Made by a program: the position numbers and the translations under genes. Below are positions 37,724-48,802 of a stretch of 64,000 nucleotides of DNA, one piece after another. How positions within the stretch are numbered: the first letter of the stretch is position 1; every line of letters starts with the position of its first letter. The stretch is from Phoronis australis. Taxonomy: Eukaryota; Animalia; Phoronida. The notes below the pieces were generated by a model. It saw only the letters and a list, made by a program, of their open reading frames with translations. It was not told the DNA's origin and did not search any database. The DNA is taken from NCBI GenBank assembly GCA_002633005.1, contig NMRA01000137.1:372001-436000 (forward strand). Direction: 5' to 3'.

Positions 37724-40700
37724 TTAAGAATTTTATTAGTTTATTTTTAAGTAAAAGTTTGTAAGTGGTGGAAATCAATAATCGAACGACTGATTAATCC
37801 TTTTTGTGTGTTTTGGTGTTGAAATATAACCCATCAGCAACAAAGTACTAAAACTCTCTTTCAAAAAGAAACCCGAATATCTGAACAAAATATTTTCTCA
37901 CGTTGAAATTTGAGCCATCCTATTCCTCAACGTGGGCGTTCCTGAAGGTTCATCAGGTACCAGACTTGTTTTCAAAAATGGCTCAAATTAGCATTTGATG
38001 TTCCCACAACTACTTGGAAGTCAGTATTTAACATTTGTTGAAAGTAAGTGTTTCACAAAACTAAAAACGGGAAATTTATTTATAGTGACATTTTACTGTA
38101 GTTTATATCGATAGTGAGCTTGTTGTTGCGCGGAATTTAAAGTCATACTGCGCGCGTACATCCTGTCGGCGCACGATTAGCGTGACGTATCTGTTACAGA
38201 GAATTCATACACGAGATTGTTTGATACTGGTCACTCACTCATCAGCGCCACCAGTAGAAACGGGTGTGCGATCAGTAAACATTACTTCATTTTTAAAGTC
38301 ATAGTTTTAACACTCAGAAATAAAGTTTATCAAACATACGAGTGAACAGATGAACTACCAGCGTAAAAACAGACGGCCGCTTTCGTGGCATCTCCTTGAT
38401 CCTGAATTGGCTCACTCGAATCATGCAAATCTAAACTCCAGCGAGCGCACGAATAGACTTTTGCTATCCGTACGAAAATCAATAATTCCACCCTGCACGA
38501 CACCGCCCGTGAACACGTACATGAATTGAAATTGGTAATGCCTTCGGCTTTTGAAGCTTTTTTCACAAAAATATTTATTCAGTCATGTCTAGATGTTTTA
38601 TTTTGTTTGAGAAAACCAGAAAAGTAATCGGTTGGAAAATTTGCTAATTGGTATAGAGGCCATTAAGTCTTATGGTACATGCACTTGTACACCTGTTTCG
38701 ATTTCATAGAGGTCAGCTGATATACAATTTATCAGATCAAAAACACACCGCTTAAATCTAAACCTTGTTTGTAAACCGGCTCGCGTCTTCACCATACTTA
38801 CGCGCCCAGAACACCATAGACATTTCGATGACTCAAGTAAGTTCACTGTGGACATTTCAACGCTTGCTTTCTGTTGAGATTTTTAATTGAAAGCTCATTA
38901 AGGGTTGCTGTTATGGATATTCGATACTCGGTTTTCTTTTTAAAGTTCAGACATATATACTCATGAGTTGACAGGTGTACATGTATGTTGACAACACCTG
39001 CGCGCCTTCATTTCGATGTCGAACTGCTGAAAATCGCCGTCGTCTTCTTTGTACATGTATAGCTCGAGCTATTTTTGTTTTCACGAAGACTATTGGGTCG
39101 CTGTTTGACTGACTGTACATTTTCTTTCCTCTAAACTAAACAAAGATTAGGTAGTGAATGAACCTTGTCGTTTTCGACTAACAAAATCTTCTTGACAGCA
39201 ATTCATCTAAAACATGGAAATCCTCTTCATATTGAACAGTCGAAATGAGTCATTTGATGTAAATAAAGTTAAGTTCAAATTCACGTATTCCGTATTGTCA
39301 ATGTGTTTTACGTTTGTAACATGGGTCGGCTGCCTGTTACGGGAAGCAAGTCTTTTGTAATAGGGAACTTTCTACGTAGTGCTCTTTAACGTTCCGCGAC
39401 TTTTGCTGTATTGACAAAGACGAGACGTAATTTATTTCATTTTGAGACGTTTGGTATTATTGTGTGAATCGTTTGACAATCCAATAGCGCAACATTGGCG
39501 GTTTTGGGTCATGATGCTCGGAAAAAAATAAGAAAACGCTATGAAACATCTTACTGCTATGTCTCATTAAACCCGTGAATATTTAAATTTATCGCAAGCG
39601 CCACCCAGTGTCTTCCTGGAGAACTGGGTGTACAAGTATAATCAGGAAAAGAAACAATTTGTAAATAAATTGAGATTTTAAAGAATTCACCACAGCTGAC
39701 ACAATTGAAAACAAGTGTAATCGTATAAAATTTCTAGAAATTCCAAATAACGTTATTGATAGTGAAATAATCAAATAATAAAAACTGTGCTTTGTTTCAT
39801 TACGTTAACGACGAAATATAACCATTTACGTAAAGATAGTCTCGCAAAACGAGACTTTTGTGAGATTGTAATGATAACTGGTTCTCGGATGGTTTCCGGC
39901 TCACTGAAGGACCCTATATTTGCATATTCACAATTTAATGAGAGTATGCATATTTAAACCCACGTAGAACGTTGTCCACCAACTACCCTGTTGCCATTTG
40001 GCACAAGGTGTAATTCACCCTGTATCTGCTGTATCGGAAAATGGCTATTGGCTTCAACCATTCACGGTACTACAGAGAACACCTATTAATGATTAAACAG
40101 AGTTGGAAGGGCTAAAAAAATTCGCCAAAATCTGTTGTTTTTTAATGTAAAATATTTTGTTACCCGAGATAACTTGTTTCTAGGTGAATCGCATTCTCTA
40201 TCGTCACACTTAAAATTTAGTGACGTATTAAATATGGTTAAATAATCTAGTTCATATTTTTGGCAATACATTGTAAGGTAATGACATTTGAAAAAGTGAA
40301 ATAATGCTTCGAAGTACTTCCTGTTTGATTTGAACTGATAGACAGGTTGCTTGTGGTGATCATGGATATTCAACCCTTTTCAAAGTAGTGTCTGATATTC
40401 AGTTAGTCACTGGACATTCATAATAGTATTCCAAACATTAATGTTGCTTTGCTATTTGTAATTTAAAGGTATAAGTGGACGCAAAAATACGCGGACAAGG
40501 GATCTGTCGCTGTCATGATCCGAGCAAACATGGTGAAGTCATCATGTCGTGAAGTTATTTTAATCAAATCATGAAATCACGGGGCACAAGTGGAAAAATC
40601 ATTTGATAGTAGCCTGTATATAGAGTACATGTACTCGAATCATTTAGGCAAAGTCATTCTACCAATGGGTCTAACTTAATTAGGTTAAATGTAATTTTTT

Positions 40701-41005
40701 ACAAGCAAGACGATGGGTTTCGGTGCAGAATCCCGGCCTCTGAGTTTGCAAGCAAGGGTGCATAGGCAGATTCAGAAGGAGAGGGGGGGGGCAATGTAAC
40801 TGCTCTTCACTTTGAGCACGACCAAAATAAGCCTATCGTTTACCGTTGGAAACGCGACGTGTTAATTTATCATCAGCCGTTAGCCGTAGCAAATTAACTC
40901 AGGGACCATGTACAAGACGAGACACGCATTATTTGTTTTCCAACGAGTGGTGTTCATCTCAGACACTTTTCCTGTGGGTTGTTCGAAAACCCTCTCGACT
41001 CCAGA

Positions 41006-41056
41006 CCCCACAACCCCCACAACCCCCACGACCACGGCCCACAACCCCCGCGACCC
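41006..41056 (+). repeat. Short C-rich tandem repeat (ccccacaac-like)
   Basis: ccccacaacccccacaacccccacgaccacggcccacaacccccgcgaccc. Confidence 0.7.
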
Positions 41057-42670
41057 AGTCTCTACACAAGCTTGACTGGATGTGAACATAGAACAAGCGT
41101 TGACTTGCAGAACCAACGAGACGGGCCTTGAGCTCAGCTGACTTTTCCCTGTTTTTTTGCAAATGAGAGAGTCGATTCGGCAAGTTTGAAAGCCAAGACC
41201 AGAAAAAAACAACGCGACCAAATCAAATCAAAGACCTGTCAACGTTACAAATGTCGTTCCCGGCAAAGTGTATTCGTCTCAATTGATCTTCAGTGAATGA
41301 TAGGTTCAAGCTTTTTCTGGGAGAGTGCGAGGAACCGACGAATATGTAATTTCTTCAGTAAATACAATTTGAAAAAAAAAATTTAACTAAAAAGTATCTC
41401 AACGTTGCATGGAGTATGTCGTAAACGCTGATAATAAAAATATGAAATCATGTCCATTCGGTTTAAACTTGCACCCTACCTAAGGCCCATTGGTAGCCGC
41501 TCGTGGAACTATTTCCGTGACAACGATGTCATGCGTGCTTGAAGCACATACAATGCACACGCATCAGGCCGATTTAACCGGTGTGTTATTCATACTGTGT
41601 GAATACAATAGGACAGCAACGTAAACAAAACTCGGCGACAGTAGAAAAATGCACTAGGAAAAGACACAACCACAACTTTCCGATCATTCGCATTTCTTGT
41701 ACATGAATTAAGCACCGATTTGTCAGTACAACAGACCACAAACTATATCCCCATTTACACTTCCTCCATAAGTCATGCCAGTTTGTTTACGTAAAGCGCC
41801 TGCTGTTGAGAATTCTACCTGTCAATCAGAAACGCCAGTGTAGACAAATTTCCCGAGGAACATTAAATGATACCTGCGTGTTCTCTACCCCCTAGCGGAC
41901 ACGCAGGAAACCAGCGAGAACAGACTATTGAACTCGGTAATTTCCCAAACAAGCAAATGGTACCATCAGAAAACTGAAATTAGTTTAGATTACTCAAAGC
42001 CGACTGCCGGACCAAAATCGTCTTGTATGCGTTTAAGCGGCTTTTGAGAAACAAGGACTGAAACCTTGACTGAAATTGATGAAGGCGGTCGCTTTTTTCT
42101 TAAAGTAATGATTCGCAGGTTTCAAAATGAGCCGAGGCACAGACCACTAACTGCTTATTTGCCGTGCTAACTCGATTACGTCTTAACAAGGATACCGATC
42201 CATTATCGGTATGAATAAATTCTGGCACCTAATTTACATACCCAGCATAAAATTATGTCACTTTAATAATTAAACAATCGTGCTGTCGTATCATTTGCTG
42301 ATTATGTTGGCACGCGGCAAAGCGTAAACAAGTTGAAGCAAACGTCGATATAAGGCTGGTTGTTGGTCGATAGAGACCTTGTATTTCATAAAGGACTTAA
42401 ATGCAGTGATTTACTGCAAATCAACGGCTTAAGGCCGTATTTGTCTAACAATTACGAAAGTATTGGGTTTTGTTAGCTTCCGAGGAACAAGTCTGAATAA
42501 AAATCTCCTCAGAAAATCAACTTCAGCGTGCCACCTAACTCCTTCGCCCAGAAGGTGTCGCATGATACTGTCGATATTGAGTTATACGCCGCTGCACTAC
42601 GAAGCTGTCGGTTTCGCTCGGCGTTTCCGTTATGACGTGGTTATACCGCTTTTGACTAACATTTGAGTCA

Positions 42671-42707
42671 TTTCTTACAGAGGAGATGAACTGATTCGGA
42701 ATCGGTC
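42671..42707 (+). other. Splice acceptor (tttcttacag, AG at 42679-42680) and 5'UTR portion of the first coding exon, with micro-uORF ATG AAC TGA at 42686-42694
   Basis: Canonical polypyrimidine-CAG ending 28 nt before the ATG; branch-point-like tgactaac at 42653-42660. Confidence 0.65.
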
Positions 42708-43187
42708 ATGGATCGTCTGCTGCCAGTTTCGACTGTGTGCTTTCTTTTGATGTTGACATTCCTTGAACTGTCACTGGCAGACGACAAGAAAGTCAAGACC
42801 AATGGCAACATTATTTTTGGCGGACTTTTTCCCATGCACGAAAAGGGACCCTCCGGAACAAGTTGTGGAAATCTCAAGGAGGAAAAAGGAATTCAGCGTA
42901 TGGAAGCGATGATGTACGCCGTGGATAAAATTAACGCAGACGACAATTTACTGCCAAATATCACCATAGGAGTACATATCCTCGACACCTGCTCTCGGGA
43001 CACGTACGCTCTTGAACAGTCAATGGATTTCATCAAGTCAAAAATATCGAGTCTCGACTCGACTGAATACGAGTGTGCGAACGGAACACGGCCGATTTAC
43101 ACACCTTCAAAACCAGTGGTTGGTGTTATTGGTGCTGCCTCGAGTTCGGTTTCAATTATGGTGGCAAACATTCTTCGGCTTTTCAAG
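42708..43187 (+). CDS. GRM: Metabotropic glutamate receptor (class C GPCR, group III/GRM4-7-8-like), first coding exon, 160 aa: signal peptide and N-terminal Venus flytrap domain
   Basis: Hydrophobic signal peptide, then [72 protein letters not shown], ending at a phase-0 donor AAG|GTTAGT (43188). Confidence 0.96.
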
Positions 43188-43364
43188 GTTAGTGCATCTT
43201 TTTCTCTTTTCTGTTCTTAGCCAAATCCAAGAATATTCCGAGCTCACCTTATTTTGACCATGTCCGGAATTCATAATATATACAGCCTATTTTAGCTTTG
43301 ACCGTTTGAGATTTGTACTTGCAATGCACCGTGCTTATTGTTGCGGAAAACCCCTCCTGTTGGC

Positions 43365-43856
43365 CAGTCGTCTCTTTCATGAAAAACTGACTCGAGACTA
43401 AATCATCAATTTGGTCTTACGCTTCCACTTAACAATTACTGAATAAAAGTTTTGTCATGTACCTAGAAATAACAGAGTCACTAAAAGTTATAATGGGTAT
43501 ATTCTCAGAGACTAGTATTTTTGTGGAGTGAAATTTAACAGAGGCGGATCTACAGGGGGGTTCGGGGGATTCAAACCTCCCCTCGGGACAGGATCGAAAA
43601 TAAAAATTGAAAAAATTTCGCCAGAAATACGAAGTCAGCTACTAAAAACCACAAAAAATCTTACACGGGAAAAAAACCTTCCGACCTTCCCTGCGCTCGG
43701 CGCTAAGCGTCTTGGATTCGCTCGAATCCTAAACCTCCCCCTGACTCAAAAAGTACATCTGCCACTGTTTAATTATTTTTCATAAATAGATCTTTAGAGT
43801 GTAAGATCAATTCTCTAACTCGAGTCGTAAGCCACCTTTCATGAAAGAGACAACTG
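43365..43856. mobile_element. MITE with 20-bp TIRs, host of the 43539-43767 insertion
   Basis: cagtcgtctctttcatgaaa / tttcatgaaagagacaactg (19/20). Confidence 0.7.
43539..43767. mobile_element. MITE, CAG...CTG termini, 5-bp TSD TTTAA (hAT5-like)
   Basis: TIR cagaggcggatcta / tacatctgccactg; tttaa at 43534-43538 and 43768-43772. Confidence 0.75.
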
Positions 43857-46800
43857 AAAGCATTAAAGCTTCTGGCTTGTTTAACTAACGTCGAGACTGT
43901 ACGATGTTTTACGATCGAGACTTACGACAGTCGTACTGTACGTTTTGGCGCAAGTCTCCGTTAGGCTCTGTGTGAAAAGGGTCGTAGAAATGCGACATTT
44001 TTGTGAAACAGGTGCCCTGTGTGCAAAGGTGGATCCAAGATCTCGCAACTGGGACCCAATTACAGTTTTCAGATACTGTCGCAGGAGGCTGTTCCCTTTA
44101 TATCCGCTAGTAGTTGCTACGATCTCATGTGAATACGAAAATCTTTAACTGAGATTAAAGGCGACAATTTCTGTCTTCTACTGTCGAACTCAATCAAGAT
44201 TAAGTTATGGCCGGATTTATGGAAATCGGGAGCAATTTCATCTTGGAATTCAACCCTGTATTCAAATTATGGTTTTGTAGCCTATAACTTGCGGATACAT
44301 CCGGCGTGTTGAAGGGTGTTTTAAAAAGCATTGCTTCAGCGTCGGAAAATAATTCGTGGAATTGTGTAATCAAAATATCCATATTTGTTATTGCGTTATT
44401 CATGCCTTATAATTGTGAATGTGACGTGTCTTTAAGTGTCATCACTTTGGATGTCGGCAAATAAGCTCACGAAGCATTTTCCACAGTGACTGAGTAATTG
44501 ATAATATAATTCTTTGTGCAGAGATAAGATAGTGGACAGCTTTGCAATAACACATTTCAATAATATTAGAAAATGTGAAAAATCAAGAGCTTCACAGATT
44601 CAGGTGCTATGCATGCATAGCGTGGACGCATAACTGGTCACATAGCGTAAACTAGTACTTTCAAGCCTGGGGATCGCAATCGGGACCCTTTGCGATCCGT
44701 GGATACTAAATGAGTCATCGGGACTTTAGGTGGAACACAGAAATCGGACTTGCCCAAGCCGAGTCGGTGAAGATCAATGTACAACTATCCAACATCACGC
44801 ACGATATGCCCTTCAAACAAAAGTCTTGTTGAATTTCTGAGTTCCACAGGTTCCGATGGTCCAGTCATTGGAGTAGAACATATGCACGGATTGCAAGGGG
44901 TCTGGGTTTGAGAGTTTGTCCCGTCTGCACCTTCTGGACCTTTGTGAAGAATACGTTCTGAATTCTCTTTCTTGAGATATGGCGGTAACAGTATTTTCAA
45001 TGTTGAAATTCAAATTTTCCATTGTGACATTAAACATTACATCAATGACAACAAATTTTACTGTCGCCTATTGATGCCAGTCCAATTTACACTTAAAATT
45101 TCCTTCTTGAGACATCGTCCCAAAGACATTTTCGAAATCGAGCTCGCAAATTTATCGCTATGATCTTGACAGTGACGTGAAGGCCATTGTTTTTTCTCGC
45201 TTCTGTATAGCACGTGTTATGATCCGGAAACACCCCCCTCCCCCAAACCGAAAACCGTGTCTACATTCTCTAACAATAATTGCGAATCACATTTTTCCGG
45301 GGAACCCAACTGAATTATTTCGTCATTTTTGATGCGGCATGCGGCTTTAGCGATTTTTATGTGGGTCAAAGTAATGATTTGATTTGTTGCATAAGATACG
45401 AAAAGCTCTGATTATTTCCAATTTTAGACGTCCTATTCCCTAAACTAGCTTCTAGCAACTTAAATTCTCTAAATGTTATCCACAGTGGGCAAATCTTCCT
45501 TTTTACCTTTTGGATTTCTTTGGAATTGGAACTAAATAACACTTGTCATTTTTCATGTCTTAAATTAACCACCACGATGAGGTCGTTGGCATTTAACTGA
45601 CAATGTTTCAGATTTTTCCGAGAACACAGTGATTGCCAGGACAGGCGGTTTCACGGATTGTTCTTAGAACGGATAACAGATAAATCTTTTTTTCGATTCA
45701 TAACATTTTATCAATTCCGTATAAAATGAAGTTTAATCGCTCGCCAAACTAAGGTCCAGAAAAGTTGAAGACGCCAGTTGATGTGAATCGTACAACCCAT
45801 ACCTCATGCGCTTAGAGAATTGAATGTATTGCCTCTTTCTAATGACGCCATGGCAAGGTGTGGTGACAATAAGTTTCATTTGATATTGTGAATTTGTGGT
45901 CTGTGTACTCAAAGTCGGCATAACGTACGTGTTAATCAATTTTTAAACAGTTCCACATATTATTCAGAGGTCCAGGCTTTCAAGCGTTCCTGCTTTTCCC
46001 ACTTTTTCCTATTTTTGGCCGGTTCCTACTTTATCCTATTTTTCTGAAATTCCTAATATTTCCTTCTTTTACCTACTTTTTTTTTCTCATTGCTCTAAAC
46101 TTTCCGTCTAAGTTATGTTTTTGGAGTGGTGAGTATTCGTTTTAACGTTATCAGGAGCAGCACACGAAGGACTTCCTCCAGCAGAAACGATGCTAACCAA
46201 GAGACTATGATGTTGGAGAGCCAGCGGGACTTTTTTCACACTTTTGAGTTCGTAATTCTATTGCAAATCCCCTACCATTGAAGGAAAGGGGCATCTTAGT
46301 TTGCACAATCCTGGGCTTTGGTCCCTGAGGGGGGGTCCAAAAGAGGACCCAGTAACCCATTTAGTTAAATTTTCGTGTGCAACATCCGTTTCAATTTTAT
46401 TTCATTCCAAACACCACTCAAATTAAAATGATGCGACTTAAGACTGCGGTTATTGTTTAAGACGCCTACTAATTAATGACCAATTAACTATTTATTTAAA
46501 CTTATAAGTGCAACAAAACGTTTTCCAAAAGATAGTTTAGTAACTCTGAACACCATATTCACAACGTTTTTTCATGGGTTTTGCAGATAACACGGGGTGT
46601 TTGGACCCTACGGGATAACAAGACCTGCAAAAATGAATTTGGTTTCTGCTATAGATAAAACATTTGAAATGAACAAAAATAAAACTTAAGACATAAAAAA
46701 TCCTGGTTATTAATTAAGACTCTTATTAATTAACAACCAATCGACGATTTATTTAAACTTTTAAGTGCAACGAAATTTCCCAGAAGATAGTTGAGCAACC

Positions 46801-46904
46801 TTGGACACCATAGTCACATCTGGATACCCAATTATTCCTAGGGTTAGTAGATAAGACAAGGGGGCTGTTTGTACCCCAAGGGACAATAAGACACTGTTGT
46901 AGGA

Positions 46905-48007
46905 GGGGAACTTGTTATAGAAGGATCTGAACATAAAAGAGGCCCAAGCTTCACGGAGCATTTTGAGAGGGAGTCGTTGAAACGAGAGCTACCCGTCTTT
47001 CTCACCAAGGATTGGTTGAGCAACTTCTGCAGTCCACTTCTAGATGGAAGGGAAGTGCATTTGGGGGGTGATTTGAGATTGCACTCGGTACTTCATTGAA
47101 GATGGGAAAGTATGCACAGAATCAGTTCTATCTCTAAATTGTAATCACTTGGAAGCCGACACCAGTGTCATCCTTCATATTATTTAGGTAGACACGTCCA
47201 CACCTGACGACATGGTCACAAGAGCTTCTGACACCGACATTCAAATTTTGCTCCTACACCATTCTCATTAAGTTGGAGGTTGGGACAATAAGACAAGTCC
47301 ATCTGCGTTATTTGAATGTTACTAAGATTGCTACTGTGATAGGCCAAGCTATGTGTGCTGCGCTCCTCATCGTATCCGCGTCCACTGGATGTGACTATGT
47401 CTGTGCATTTGTAAGGTAAGGAAGGAATAGACCATATGCAATCGTGGTAAAAAGTGATAAATTCCAGAAAGCTTTTACTTCATTGTGCCGTGATATCTCA
47501 ACAGAAGAAGTGGTCATAATTTCCCAAGATTTTGTTTGTGTGTCGTACAGAGCAGGGAAATTTGTCCCACTCAACAGGCATTGGTTCAACATAGTTGGCA
47601 AAACCTACATAGGAAAGTCAATGCTAAGCACCCATTTGAGAAGCTTAAAAGCATCGAGGGCAGCAGTATTGCACCGTGTGAAGCTGAACTACCACTTCAC
47701 ATGTATAGAAGTGCATTTGTTGCTAGAGTATGTGGTAGTACTCACCTCTAAATCTTGCACAAAATACCCTTCACCGGGTGCGAAAATGTTGACAACGAAT
47801 TTCGCATCATTTGATTCAGTGGAGAACAGATGCCCACTGCGCTTATTCAAGAGGTTCAAAGCAAAATGGAGCCAGACGACAATGGTAGCAATGGTGAAAC
47901 AGGTGATGATAAAGACAGTAGACGAAGACAGTGATCCTCTACCAAAAGAAATGGAATCATCTGATGAAGATAGTGACGACGATCACAACTTAGATATTTG
48001 CAGTTAA
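46905..48007 (+). pseudogene. Academ transposase C-terminal remnant (XPG/FEN1-like nuclease region), with stops and frameshifts
   Basis: Translated motifs in order: LKRELPVFLTKDW, LNCNHLEADTSVILH, RASDTDIQILLLHH, LRYLNVTKIA..IG..MCAAL....TGCDYVCAF, QDFVCVSY, SRAAVLHRVKLNY, then an acidic tail. Confidence 0.8.
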
Positions 48008-48566
48008 ATTATAACAGAGTTAATTATTATTGCCTTTTGGATTTCGGTTTTATCAAATGAAACAATAAACTGTGTCATGCATCACATTTGTTGCCACTAA
48101 ATATGCTTCAAGCAGCTCAGCATTAATTTGAAGCCAGCTTATGTAGTTAGCTCAGATGTATCTTAACTTAGTATATATGTTTTTGTTTAATTTTTGTTGT
48201 TTTGGGGAGTAAATTGGTCATATCATCAGATGTGTTTGAAATAATATGTTTTATCTATAGTAATGATCAAAATTGTCGCATTTCCTATGCAAGTTCATGT
48301 TGGGGGGGGGCTCTTTTATCCCTTCTGGTCAAAGCACCCACGTCTTATCTGCAAACCTCAGGTAAAATCCAATCTTAAGGTGTGGATATGGTGACCAGAA
48401 TTACTAAACTATCTTTTGCAAAAAGATTTTTAGTTGCACTTAAAAGCTTAAAGAAATCGTTAATTGGCCGAAAATTAACAAGTGTCTTAATCAATTACAC
48501 AAGAGTTTTTCAGCTCATAATTTGTATTTTTATTCATTTGAAATAATGTTTTATCCATAGTAGTAA

Positions 48567-48802
48567 TTGCTCTGTGGTGTCATTACTGCGTCATTTTATC
48601 TTCACTTGAGAATGAAACAAGTATGTTTCGAAATAACGTGTCTTTTAATTATGTCGCTAGGTCAGTTACTTTATCTATGTTCAGTTGAGAGTAGAGTTTT
48701 GTTTCGAAAGTACGAATGTAACGGAATAAAGATTGTGAACAATGAAAAGTGTTGTGCGTTTAACCAATTCTGTATAACCGAAAACTTGCTCCCAAAGTAC
48801 AA
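48567..48802 (+). mobile_element. Short non-coding retroposed unit (Penelope pLTR/retrozyme-like)
   Basis: Flanked by direct repeat ccatagtagtaa (48555-48566, 48803-48814). Interrupts the Academ right TIR. Highly similar to 51152-51391. Contains a hammerhead-like motif and AATAAA. Confidence 0.75.
48603..48640 (+). ncRNA. Variant minimal type I hammerhead-like motif (degenerate at the cleavage triplet)
   Basis: cac-TTGAGAA-t-gaaaca/agta/tgtttc-GAAA-taac-gtg. Confidence 0.4.

Noticed and set aside
43188-43220. ORF-track extension [10 protein letters not shown] of the mGluR ORF as a secreted short protein
   Set aside because: Read-through into the intron; homology stops exactly at the GT donor.
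47140-47440. Host FEN1/XPG nuclease gene
   Set aside because: Stops, frameshifts and flanking long TIRs indicate an Academ transposase remnant.
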